Source of the DNA: Balamuthia mandrillaris
Taxonomy: Eukaryota
Length of the DNA: 64,000 nt
Reading direction: 5' to 3'
NCBI GenBank assembly: GCA_031835245.2
Contig: JAVKOQ020000005.1
Coordinates: forward strand, 62,001 to 126,000
The first letter of the stretch is position 1. Every line of letters begins with the position of its first letter. Positions 19,200 to 31,175 of this stretch are shown here, one piece after another. Under the pieces are notes generated by a model, which saw nothing but the letters and a program-made list of their open reading frames with translations, made no database searches and was not told the origin of the DNA. The position numbers and the translations under genes were made by a program.

Positions 19200-19821
19200 T
19201 CCTGGCATCAAACAAGCCTCTTGTTAGACGTCACGCGGCCTAGCTTGTGGTTGAGCTTGGAGTAGCTCCTTGGGTTGTAGGTGTTACAGAAGATGAAGAA
19301 GATGGTAATGCGCCTGTAGGAGAAGACGAAGTACTTGAGGCAGCTGGCATGTGGTTTGGTGAAAGAGAGTGTTTAGAAAACAGTCGAAAGAACGGGAAAA
19401 GAGGGACGGAATGGCAACAAAGAGAGCGAATAAAGAGACAACATAAAGAAGAGGATACCTAAATGCTTTTGTGCGTGAGTTCGACCACAATAGTCGTGCA
19501 CTTTGCCCGTGCCTGGCTCCACGTATACCGCTTTGTTGCACCCTGGCAACCCACAAACCTTTGTGGCAAAGGAACTTGATGGAGTACTAACTCCCGTTGT
19601 TGTCTTTGCTTGGGGTTGAGCTTTCAAAGCACCTTTTCCACCATAGCAACACCAGCATTAGGCTTTTTCTCTTTGCACAAAAAAAAAAATGTTGTGTTTC
19701 CCGTACCATGAGCAGTGGCGTGTGTTCTGCCACAGTAGTCATGGACACGGTTGGTGGTGGGCTCCACAAAGACCGCCTTCGTGCAGCCTGGAAAGCTACA
19801 AACGGGAGCAGCAGCTTGCAT
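19200..19821 (-). CDS. Protein with two C-x4-C...H-x-YCGRTHA Zn-finger-like repeats and a Ser/Thr tail; probable N-terminal half of the PARP-like gene
   Basis: MQAAAPVCSFPGCTKAVFVEPTTNRVHDYCGRTHA, intron, CGLPGCNKAVYVEPGTGKVHDYCGRTHA, intron, S/T linker with stop at 19240-19242. Out-of-frame remnant ACLMPG at 19200-19217. Confidence 0.7.
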
Positions 19822-20123
19822 CTTTTTGTTTTCTTTTTATCTCGTTTGTGCACTTTTATCGCAGCATTTGCGGCCATTTGCCAGAGCGTTATCGCGTGTA
19901 ACGATTATTCCGAAATATTTTGAAAATTTGTTCAAATTATTTATCTATTTTAGGATATCCCCTCGATTATTTGCTGTTAAATTCGGAATTGGGAAGATAA
20001 ATTTTTCGCCGATCGGAAAAAATAATGCAAATTATTTAGTGGAAAACAAATTATCAATCGTTACTGGCCTCCCGTTCGTCTTCTTCTTTGGCTCACCCAC
20101 ACTGCGAAGGACGAAGAGACGCC

Positions 20124-21948
20124 ATGGGGTGGAGCCAGGACCGCCGGTTGCTGCTTGCCGCCTCCTTCTTCCTCTTATCCAGCTTTTTTGTAGGTTCGTA
20201 ATAATCGTATCTCCTCTTTTTTTTCCTCTTTCTCTCTAATCTTGTTTCATACAAAGAACAAGGAAGAAGCGATCAGTCACAGTTCCCGTTGAAGCCGATC
20301 GACTATGACGTCCCCGCTCAACAAGGGCAGCTGCAACCCTTCCACCTCTCCGCACGCAGCGGCTTCACCGGCCTCGTGAAGCTCTCCTGGTCCTTCTCCT
20401 CCGCTAATGCCTCTCTTCCCAACGTTTTCGGAGCTGCTGGGGGTGTGCCCAGCCTCGCTGGTCCGTTGCAGAACGGCTCGGTCTTGTTGGCGGCTGGACA
20501 TGAGGGGGATGACGCCTCCTGGTTCTTTGTGGTGCAGGCCACGAGTGCCACGCAGTATGCTCTGAAGTCTTCCATGCAAGCTACTGTTATTCGTTAAGTG
20601 TTTTTTTAATTTTCGTTCTTCATTTCTTCTTGTTCTTGTTCTCCTTGTTCTTGTTCTTCTTCTTGTTCTTCTTCTTCTTCTTCTTCTTGTGCTTGTTCTT
20701 GTTCTTCTTCTTGTTCTTCTTCTTGTTCTTCTTCTTCTTCTTCTTCTTCTTGTTCTTCTTCTTGTTCTTGTTCTTGTTCTTGTTCTTCTTCTTCTTCTTC
20801 TTCTTCTTCTTCTTCTTCTTCTTCTTCTTCTTCTACTTCTTCTTCTTCTTCTTCTTCTACTTCTTCTTCTTCTTCTTCTTGTTCTTCTTCTGCTTCTTCT
20901 TTTCTTTCTTTCTTTGTTCTTGTTCTTGTTCTTGTTCTTGTTCTTGTTCTTGTTCTTCTTCTTTCTTCTTCTTCTTCTTCTTCTTCTTCTTCTTCTTCTT
21001 CTTCTTGTTCTTCTTCTTCTTCTTCTTCTTCTTCTTCTTCTTCTTCTTCTTCTTCTTCTTCTTCTTCTTCTTCTGTCTTTTCTGTTGTTCCTTTCGTTCT
21101 TCACCTCCTTTCTCTAACTGACAAACAATAGATACGCTTTCTCTCACCTCCGGCCAACCCTCCGAACTGATCGACTTGGACACGGGCGAGTACCAACTGC
21201 TCCACCTCCCCTCCAGCAAGCACAGCAACGGCCTCGTCACGGTGGACGTCGTCCAGAAGAAGTATCCTAACCAGCAGCTCTTCATCAGCAGGGGCAATCC
21301 TCGTTTGCTGCCTGACCCCAACGTGAGCCTCAACAAGGTGGACCTGAGCACATGCCCTTGCGACCTCTTCGCGGAGGGACAGCAGGATGGCCTGGATTGG
21401 TACTTCCTGATGTATGCTGGCGATGCCTCTTCGTTCAACAGCAGATTCTTGGTCGTGTCTCATCGTAAGAGCTCTCTTCTCTCTTCTCTCTTCTCTCTCT
21501 CTCTCTCTCTCTCTCTCACTCAACAATGACTCAAACCTTGAAAACAAATGCCAAACTAGCAACGATGGAGTTTAAACCAGGACAACAGATGGCCATCCCT
21601 TGCCTTCCAGACCAGAAACAAACCCTCTTGTTCAAAATGGACGCACAACGAGGACGCGGCGCTTTCATCCGTCTCAGCGTTACCTACAACAGCGCCCCAA
21701 GTTTCAAGTTTTGTGTGAAGAGTCACACCATACCTTCTCCCTCTTCCACGAGCGATTGTTTCGGACCCTATTCCGGAGTTGGAGACTTGAAACAAGAGTT
21801 CTTGGCTACGAGTGATGGACAAGATTGGTATTTCTCTTTCGTGGTGGAGGCAGCGGGCAACAACACTCCTCCTTATTGTGCCATTTCGTTTTCGGTGGAG
21901 TCTTCTGGTAACTTTATTTCTCTCTCTCTTTCTCTTTTGTTTCTCGCG

Positions 21949-21995
<47 letters not shown>

Positions 21996-23244
21996 AATCG
22001 TGTTTTATTTGGCTGTTTTCTTCTCGCTAAACGGCAAATGTAAACCAATACAGAAACTCAAGAACTTGCTCCAGGCCAACGCTTCGCTTATCCAACAAAC
22101 TACAATCCTGTCTCCACGCTCGTTCCTTTCAAGCTGCCTCGCCAAAGCTACACGGCAGAAGAGGGTGGTCTCATCTCGTTTCAAATCGACTCCTCTGACC
22201 CAACCATTACTCAGGTGACTTACTCGCTATCACCCTCCTCCTGCTTGCCCTACAAGCCGCAAACGACGGCATTGAACGTGTCCACGTGGGTGACGAGCAC
22301 CCCAACTTCTATGGATGATGTGGATTGGTGGCTGCTGATGAATGTCACCGGCAGTTATGTCACTTGGGGCATTACCATCACTCCTCAACGTATGCTTTCT
22401 TTCTTATGTTTGTTTTGGTGTTTGTTTTTTCGTTATCTGGCCTCTTATCGCTCAACCGATGAAATGAATGAATGAATGATCAGCTATAACACATCTGGTC
22501 AGCGGTCAGTCCAGCCAATTCGCAGTTTCTTCCTCCACTCCGCGTCTCTTCCTCCTCGATGCGGTTGCCCAGGGCGCCGGTTTGGTGCGTGTGAAACTAA
22601 CGGTCGCGACCGGTGCCGCTCTCTTGCTGCAGGTTCGGTGCAGCAGTTGGCCGGCCCAATGGCAGCAGCTGGACGCCTCCGCTTCCCCGCAGGTCCTCTC
22701 TGCGGACAGCCGAGAGGCAGATGACGTGAAGTGGTGGTTCATGGCCACGAGCACCGATGCCGCTGCCGTTGGCTTTGTGTTGGAAGTTACTGCCGTTGGT
22801 TCGTACTATCTGTTTTTTGTGTTATGTCGTGTTTGGTTTGTTTTGTCGTTCTGTTAACATAACAAACGTACGAAACTATAACAACAGAAACACAACATAT
22901 AGAAAATGGCCAACCTGTTGTTCTAACTCCCCTACAAGAACAATTGTTTGTGCTTCGTCACTCCCACTCTTCCGGCGTTCTCCTGATTGACAATCCACAA
23001 CAAACCAACCTCACCGTCTCTTCCAACTCCAACATTCCTTCTCAGGCGATCGCCGTTGCGAACAACAACACTCAGTTTTGGGTTGTTTCTCAAACAAGCG
23101 ATGAGATCGACTGGTGGATTATCGCACATGAAACCGCAGTTCCGTCCGCTTCTTTCACTGCAACCGCATTACGTACGTGTTCTTATTTCTTTTTTTGTTC
23201 CTTTTTCAAATGCCTTCTATGCTTCTTTCATCATTTCGCTCTCT

Positions 23245-23288
<44 letters not shown>

Positions 23289-26200
23289 CTTCTTTCGCTC
23301 TCTCGCTCTCTCATGAATCTTTACTGAAGTACAAACAAACAAAAACAGCAAGCATCGATATCTCCTCCCAAGCAGGACAACGCATCGACATTGATGCCAC
23401 CGCGATGCGCCAGGCTCCGTTCCAAACGCTCCTCCGAATCTCTCCCAATCATCACCGCCGCAACAACGCCGTTCTCTCCTTCACCTTCTTCGCCAACGAC
23501 AACAGCACTTATTGGCCTCTTCAATTCATCGTGCAAACCAACTCCATTCCTGCTTCTTCCGTTGCTCCTTTAACCAACGGGAGCACCATTCTTGCCTCGG
23601 GCAGCGACGCACAGAGCTCACCGACGTGGTACATTCTCATTCGTAACCCAACTTCGACCGTCCTCAACACCACCTTCTCCTTCGTCTTTGAACAAGCTTC
23701 GATGCTCGAGTTTTGCGATCCGGTCATCACCTGTTACGGTCACGGCGAGTGCCTTCCCCCCGACGAACCCAGCGCAGACGTTTGTCTTTGTATCGGTGCC
23801 CTGGGCTTTGGCTACGAGGGAGAGTTCTGTCATCACAAGACCTCTAGCTTCATCCTCCTCTGCGCCGTGCTCATCCTCAACTTCAACGTCATGTTCTTTA
23901 CGTTTGTGGTGGTCTTCTTCTGGAGCCGCATCAGAAATTGCTTCAGGAGCAGGGAGGAGAAACGACGACGAGCCCAGGCCGCTGAGAAGCTGTCGTTGCG
24001 CAACACGATGGTTCGTCTCTATGGAGAACAAGAAACGGACTCACTCCTTCAAGACGCCATGAAGCAGAAAGAAGAGGAGGATCGTGATCAACGCTCAGCG
24101 ATACTCACCCCAGAGCATCTCATCGAGATAAGCCTCAACAACATGGGTTGCTCCGTTTCCACTTCTTCATTCCCTAGCCTCTCCAAACGCTCTTCCTCCT
24201 CACCAAAGCAGAAGATGCTGCTGCAAAACATTACTGCCACGTTCTCACCAGGAAAGCTGGTGGCCATCATGGGACCCTCCGGAGCCGGCAAGTCCACCCT
24301 GTTGAAAGTGTTGGCAGGAAAGATGAAGCACAAGACCACCGGCACCATCCACATCAACGGCGCTCGCGGTGCTCGTCTCTCCAAGTTCCGTAAGCTCATG
24401 GGCTTCGTGCCGCAAGACGACGTCATGCACCGGGAGCTCTCGGTGGAGGAGAACATCAGCTTCTCGGCGGCTCTTCGCCTGCCAAGGGCCTGGAGAAAGG
24501 CCAGAAAGAAAGAGATGGTGGACCAAGTCATCGACACGCTCAAACTTTCTCACGTGCGTCACAGCAAGATCGGCGGTGGAGACACCTCCCAGGCCGTCTC
24601 CGGTGGCGAGAGGAAGAGAGCGAGCATCGGCATGGAGCTGGCTGCCCTGCCCTCCGTTCTCTTCTTGGACGAGCCGACCAGCGGCTTGGACTCCCCCACC
24701 GCGTTGGAGCTGGTGCGCCACCTCAAGCTCATCGCGCAGCGCAACTTCACCGTCATTGCCGTCATCCATCAGCCCCCTCCGCTGGTCTTCCAGCAGTTCG
24801 ATCAGGTCATGTTGTTGGCCAAGGGAGGCAGGCTGAGATACTTTGGTCCTCCCGAGGAGGCCATTGACTTTTTGCCGGTGGAGAAGCAAACGATGCCGCC
24901 CTTCACCAACCCTGCCGATTACTTCCTGGAGGAGATCGAGTCGTTCCAATGGCAAGTCGGAGCTTCGCCCCCTTCCAGTTCTTCGGCTTCTTCTTCTTCG
25001 AGTGTTCCAGGATGGCAGTCCACAAATAGAAGAGTGCAGCAGCCTCAGTATTATAGATTGCCGCCCAGCTCAGAGCTGGTGAGAAAGAACATGGCGTTTT
25101 GGAGGCAGCTGTGGGGCTTCATGGGCCGGTCGTTCTTGCAGCAGAAGAGGGATCTTAAGGGCTTCTTCTTGAACAACTTCTTGGTCATTCTTTCCGCGTT
25201 CCTTCTGGTACTCCTCGCTTCATCTGTTGTTTTGGTTTTAGTTTAACATTTGCTTCAAAACACAAAAAGGGCTTTTCTTTCCGTGACAACCCTTATGTGG
25301 GTCCGGTTCGTCCTTCGGAGGCCGAGTCTTGTCCCAGCTTCATTCGTGCCGCTTGTTTGCTGCCCCAGGCGGATACGATCTCCTCTCAGAGCATGCTTAC
25401 GTGTTTGGCTATTGGCTTGACTGCTGTTGCCACTTCCCTTGGCGTGTTTGGAAAGTAAGACTCTTTCTCTCTCTCTCTCTCTCGCTCTCTCCCTCTGCTT
25501 TTTGTTAGTTTAAACCAAACTTACTCTCTCATTAACAGTGAAAGGCTAGTCTTTTGGCGAGAGTCCAGTTCCGGCATGAGCGAGACGGCCTACTTCATCG
25601 GCAAGAACCTTGCTGGCTTCTTCAGCATCACTCTTCCTCCGTTGCTCTACATGGCTATCTTCTACTGGCTAACCACTCCCGACGTTCCTTTTGAGAAATG
25701 GTTCGTTTTTGTGCTTGTTCTTGTTCTTCTTCCTCTTGCTCTTCTTCTTCTTCTTGTTCTTCTTCTTCTTCTTCTTCTTCTTCTTGTTCTTCTTCTTCTT
25801 CTTCTTCTTCTTCTTCTTCTTCTTCTTCTTCTTCTTCTTCTTCTTCTTCTTCTTTCTACTTCTTCTTCTTCTTCTTTCTTTTCTTCTTGCTTCTTCTTCT
25901 TCTGTTCTTCTTCTTTCTTGTTCTTGTTCTTGTTCTTGTTCTTGTTCTTGTTCTTGTTCTTGTTCTTCTTCTTCTTCTTCTTCTTCTTCTTTCTTCTGCT
26001 TCTTCTTCTTCTTCTGTCTTCTTCTTCTTCTTCTTCTTCTTCTTCTTCTTCTTCTTCTTCTTCTTCTTCTTCTTCTTCTTCTTCTTCTTCTTCTTCTTCT
26101 TCTTCTTCTTCTTCTTCTTCTTCTTCTTCTTCTTCTTCTTCTTCTTCTTCTTCTTCTCCTCACATTTTTATACAGGTATGGCGTTTTGGTTTGCGTTCAG

Positions 26201-26746
26201 TTCGTGTGCGTGGGAATGGCGTACCTCATCTCCATCCTGATAAAACCGGAACGTTCGCTGATAGTCGGGGTGGTCGTTGTCTTCGTTTGCATCATCATCT
26301 CCGGCTACAATCCTCGTTTGAGCACCATCAAGAATGACTATGGCGTTGCTGGAGAGGTACTTCCTCCTCTCAATCCTGTAATATATGACACTCTGACCAA
26401 CACAAAAAAATAGATAGTAAGCGGCCTCTCCTTTGCACGATGGGGCATGGAAGCCCTCTACCTCTGCGAGGTCACCGAGTTTGACCACATCTACGACATC
26501 CACCCTGGCCTTCAGTACTGGGGCTACCAGGAGAACTTCTTCGTGGTGGATCTCGTCTCTCTGGTCATTTTGGGTTTTGGCTTTCGAGTGTTGGCTTGGA
26601 TGGCCCTCAAGTGGACACAACGAGCGGAGAGAGGCTACCAGGGCTTGCTCGTTGTGATTGGCAAGTTTGTGAGGAAGATCTGCCAGCAGTTGGGATGTTG
26701 TTCCTCTGGAAGTGGAAGATATCGTGGCTATCAGACTCTCCACTGA
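20124..26746 (+). CDS. ABCG/White-type half transporter with a long secreted N-terminal region and an EGF-like module, multi-exon
   Basis: Signal-like MGWSQDRRLLLAASFFLLSSFF; EGF-like CYGHGEC..CLC..GYEGEFC then TM; Walker A GPSGAGKST, GFVPQDD, signature VSGGERKRASIG, Walker B LFLDEPTSGLDS, IHQP; ABC2 membrane exons (FWRESSSG, ARWGMEAL). Inclusion of all upstream exons in one gene is inferred from consistent orientation and splice sites. Confidence 0.85.
20621..21073. repeat. Intronic (TTC)n/(TTCTTG)n microsatellite
   Basis: Directly visible. Confidence 0.95.
25714..26157. repeat. Intronic (TTC)n/(TTCTTG)n microsatellite
   Basis: Directly visible. Confidence 0.95.
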
Positions 26747-26947
26747 ACACCCTTTGTTATTCGTTGTTCCTCTTTCATATCTCTTTGGTTCTATTTATTC
26801 TTTTTCTTTTCTTTGCATCTCCTTGTGTTCATCCTTGTTCTCTTCCTCCTTGTTTTGGTCGTCTTCTGCTGCTGCTGCTTCTTCTTCTCTTCTTCTTGCT
26901 TCATGCTTCTTGCTTCTGTTTTTTCGTTTTTTGTAGCTGGAGGAGAC

Positions 26948-27477
26948 CTAATGCCGAAGCAGCTTTTGTATTTCCTCTGTCTTTGCCACATCCGCCGCTC
27001 TCTCTCCCCTCTTGTTCCTTCTCTCCATGACTTCCACCGCCGCCACCTCTCCTCGTTGCAACGCGTCCAACAACAACCTCACCACAGAGACGTGCCCCTC
27101 AGCAGCAGCCTTGTGCAGAGCGGTATTGCCATCGCTGTCTAGCATGGAGGCATCCGCTTTGCCTCGCTCTAACAATAACCTGACCACCTCCGCGTGGCCA
27201 CAAAAGGCAGCCCTGTGGAGGGGAGTGGCACCCCCGCCAGGCGTGCGGACGTTGGCCTCCGCCCCTTCCTCCAGCAGCAGCCGACAGGCCTCCAAGTGGC
27301 CGTTGCGCGCGGCGTAGTGGAGCGGGGAGTAGCCGTCCGAGTCGAGCAGGTTGGCCAACTTGGAGGAGGAAGCGGAGGAGCAAAGGAGCCGACGCATCTT
27401 GTCGAGGTTGCCTTTTTGGGCAGCGCTCCAGAGCCCTCTTTCGAAAGCCAGTTCATCTAACGACTGCACAGCTGCAC

Positions 27478-27514
<37 letters not shown>

Positions 27515-27711
27515 ACAGATTGGCGTACATAGAGTTAAATAGCGTTCAATGATTTGCGTTTTCACAACAAAACAAAAAAAAAAACAGGATGAATGAAACC
27601 TGTGGTATTAGAAGTACAACATCCATCATGGTGGTGCTCGTGGTCATGATGGTGGTGATGGTGGTGCTGCTCACGCCCGCTCGGCGTAGTGCCAGCAGCA
27701 GGCGTTTCCAT
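26948..27711 (-). CDS. ANKRD39: Ankyrin repeat protein 39-like with a His-rich N-terminus (intron ~27472-27599)
   Basis: Exon 1 METPAAG..HHHHHHHDHEHHHDGCCTSNTT; exon 2 AVQSLDELAFERGLWSAA, GYSPLHYAARNGH, TPGGGATPLHRAAFCGH, DSDGNTALHKAA. Confidence 0.85.
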
Positions 27712-28157
27712 TCTTTCTTTCTTTTTTTTTACTGTCGACACATCCTTTCACGACGACGCGAAAGTGTGTTACATGACCAGGACGACGCGGACTCTGACCA
27801 AATGTCAGGACGACGTGATTAAGGCCGGAACGAAGAAAAACGAGAAAGAACAGCGACAGAAATGGCAAACCTGAGATAAACGAGACGGGTGGAGGGGGCT
27901 CCTTATGTAAGGAGAGGGGGAGGAGCAAGCGTTACAAATTGAGGATCATCCTTTGGGTAAACAGGATCTTGGAGGTACTACGACTCGCTGCTATTGGTGG
28001 AGAGAGGAGATATTTTTACACGCGAAGTTTCGCAGGAGTATTGACTTGTGGGGGCATAGGGCAATGAACTAAAAGGTGATGACCCCACCCCATGGATTTC
28101 GTGGAGTTGGAACCATGACGCACGGAACTTACCATCCTTGGCACCATTTCATGCAGG

Positions 28158-28164
28158 TATAAAT
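28158..28164 (+). promoter_or_regulatory. Candidate TATA box (TATAAAT)
   Basis: About 110 bp upstream of the ATG at 28267, followed by a CA-rich leader. Confidence 0.5.
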
Positions 28165-28266
28165 AATGCCTACTTCTTGCTCACCATTGAAAATCACTCA
28201 ACACCAACAAAACACAAGCAACACAAAACGAGTCAAGCCTGACGAGTTCGTTCACCCGACAAAACG

Positions 28267-28989
28267 ATGAAGAGAGTAATGACCTTGCTGGTTGTGTTGG
28301 CAGCCTTTGCTGCTGTGGCACTCTGCGACAAAGCTGCGGTCGACGCCTCTACCACCACAACGAGATACTACGACGGTGGAGACATCTACGATGGCAAGTA
28401 CGATGGAGGCAACATCTACGATGGCAAGTACGACGGAGGCAATATCTACGATGGCAAGTACGATGGAGGTGACATCTATGATGGCAAATACGGCGGTGGC
28501 AACGTCTTCGATGGTAGGTACGATGGCAACATCTTCGATGGCAAGTATGATGGTGGTGATATCTACGATGGTCGCTATGATGGTGGCGACGTCTACGATG
28601 GCAACTATGATGGTGGTGACGTCTACGACGGCAACTATGATGGTGGCGACGTCTACGACGGCCACGACATTGATTACTATGATGACTATGAAGATGACAA
28701 TGTGAACTACGGAGCTGGTTGGTGCCCTGGTGACATTGATTACGATGGTAACGACGGTTACGATGGCAACGATGGTGGCAACGTCGGCGATGGCCACGAC
28801 GGTCATGATGGTAACGATGGCGGTAACGTCGGTGACGGTCACGATGGTCATGACGGTAACGATGGCGGTAACGTCGGTGACGGAGACGGCAAGAGTGATG
28901 ACAAGAGCAGCCAGGGATCCGACAGCAGCAACGATGGTGGCAGCAAGGACCACAGCGCTGCCCGCTCTTTGCGTCCCTTTGTCTTCTAA
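28267..28989 (+). CDS. Secreted Gly/Asp/Tyr-rich tandem-repeat protein (240 aa)
   Basis: Signal peptide MKRVMTLLVVLAAFAAVALC; about ten YDGG[DN][IV]YDG[KRN] units then GHDGHDGNDGGNVGD units; synonymous variation between units indicates coding constraint. Confidence 0.88.
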   Translation: MKRVMTLLVVLAAFAAVALCDKAAVDASTTTTRYYDGGDIYDGKYDGGNIYDGKYDGGNIYDGKYDGGDIYDGKYGGGNVFDGRYDGNIFDGKYDGGDIYDGRYDGGDVYDGNYDGGDVYDGNYDGGDVYDGHDIDYYDDYEDDNVNYGAGWCPGDIDYDGNDGYDGNDGGNVGDGHDGHDGNDGGNVGDGHDGHDGNDGGNVGDGDGKSDDKSSQGSDSSNDGGSKDHSAARSLRPFVF

Positions 28990-29047
28990 AGACATTTTTT
29001 TTTTTGTTGCACAAAGTGGATAGGCAACACCTTTTTTTTTTCCCACT

Positions 29048-31175
29048 CTAAAATAAAAAAAATATAGTTTCTTCGCTATCACTATCGCTATCGCTATCGC
29101 TGTCTTCGCTATCACTGTCACTAGAATAAAATTCCTCTTCGTCTTCGTCTTCGTCTTCATCATCTTCTTCAAACCGTCTGCGGGGTTCCTGCTGGGGTTC
29201 ATCCCAAGGGCATCCGTTGTCACGTGCCCACTTTAAAATGTCCTTATGTCCGTTGCGTGAGGCCCAGTTACACGTGCTCTCGTCCCAAGGGCATCCATTC
29301 GTATGTGCCCACTGCAGGATCCTCAAGTGTCCTCCTTGTGCTGCAGCGCTACATGTTCGTTCATCCCAAGGACAGCCATTGGCCCTCAGCCATTGCAACA
29401 CTTCCAGTTTGTCTCCTTTTGCAGCAGCCGCACAGGCCGTGGCATCCCAAGGACATCCATTGGCTCTGGCCCATGTTAATATCTCGATGCAGGCCTTTCG
29501 TTCGAATTCGTCCTCCTCTTCATCATCCGCCAACGCAGTGGCGGCTCCTGTACAGGTTCGCTCATCCCAAGGACAGCCGTTCTCTCGAAGCCATCGAAGT
29601 ACTTCAAAACGTTTGGACTCTGCTGCAGCACAGGCCCGTTCGTCCCAAGGACATCCTTTCTCTCGAGCCCATTTCAACATCTCAAAGTTCTCTCGAGCTG
29701 CGGCTGCACATACTTCCTCGTTCCAAGGACATCCACGCTCCCAAAGCCACTTCAACAGTTCAGGTCGCGCCTCAGCAGCAGCAGTAAGGCATGTGCTCGC
29801 GTCCCAAGGACAACCCTGTTCGTGAAGCCATTGGAGCAGCTCCTTATTGCCATGGGCCACTGCCTCATTGCAAGTCTCCACAGTCAAAGGACAGCCCTGC
29901 TCATATGCCCATTTCAAGATCTCAAAGTGACCTCCGTCTGCTGCTTTGCTGCAAACCTTGTCGTCCCAAGGGCAACCATTGTCGTGTGCCCATTTCAAAA
30001 TCTCCAAATGTCCATATTTAGCCGCTTTGCGGCAAGTGGCCTCGTCCCAAGGTAAACCAAGCTCTCGAGCCCACTTGAGAAATTCAAAGTGGCCGCCCTT
30101 CGCTGCAGCGCTGCAGCTTGAAGCATCTACCGGGCAGCCGTGCTCGTATGCCCACTGAAAGGTGGCCATTTGCCCTGCCTGTGCTGCATAGCGCAAGGTG
30201 TCCTCATCCCAAGGGCAATCGTGCGCTCGAGCCCACTTTAGAACGTCCAGGTGTCCTGACATAGCGGCCATTACACATGTTGTCTCGTCCCAGGGGCAAT
30301 AGTTTTTATGAAGCCACTTAAGAACCTTCAACTGGCCAGCTCCTGCCGCATGTGCAGCAGTCATCGTGCTCCAAGGGCAGCCCCACAGTCGAATCCATTT
30401 TAGGGCCTCCAAGTGCCCGTTTTTCGCCGCAGCGATGGTGGTATTCGTATGCCACGGACAAGAACAATAGTAGGCTTTCTTGAGCACGTGCAAATGGCCG
30501 TTTGCCGCTGCAGCATCACATGTCTACCAAAGCAGAAAATGCAAGAGAGAGAGAATGTAAGTGACATGAAGAAGAGCAGGCTGAAGAAAAGAAAGAGAAA
30601 GAGAAACGACGAAAGAGAAAGAGAACGAGAAACGACGAAAGAGAAAGAGAAAAGTGAACAAATGAGAGGAGCATACCTTTTCATCCCAAGGACAGCCATT
30701 CTCTCGCGCCCACATCAACACTTCCAAGTTGCCTTGTCTGGCCGCCTCCTCACATGTACGGACGCTCATCGGATGTCCGTTCTGCACAGCCCATTGTAAC
30801 ATCTTCAGGCTGCTGCACACCGCCTCCTCAAGCAGTACGCGCCGAAGTACGGGATTGCTGCAAGCATACCAACGACGGCAGGTCCTGGCGGCCACAGCTA
30901 CCATGTGACGAGGCAGCAGGTTAATTATGTGACACAATAGTTCGTCTGGGATCTGATCTTGCAGCCAGCTACCACCTTCTCCCTATATTGGACAAGAAAG
31001 CGTAAGCTGCGGGGATCTAGGAATGGAACACAACCCCTTCCTGAGATGCAAAAAGACGAACCGTGTGCGGTGCTTCGTGATTTCCAAGCGGGTCTACCTT
31101 TTCATTCTCTGCGTTTTCCGTATGCAGTGTCTCTTGCTCTTGGTCAATCCTTCGGCGTTTTTGTGGTTTGCTCAT
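29048..31175 (-). CDS. F-box + 'GCPWD' ankyrin-like repeat protein with acidic tail, intron-containing
   Basis: MSKPQKRRRID exon; F-box-like IPDELLCHIINLLP..AARTCRRW; more than 15 repeats of C..AA..GHLEILKWAxxNGCPWD. Confidence 0.85.

Noticed and set aside
28368..28665. 30-nt periodic repeats resembling a CRISPR array
   Set aside because: No unique spacers; variation is largely synonymous within a signal-peptide ORF; eukaryotic context.
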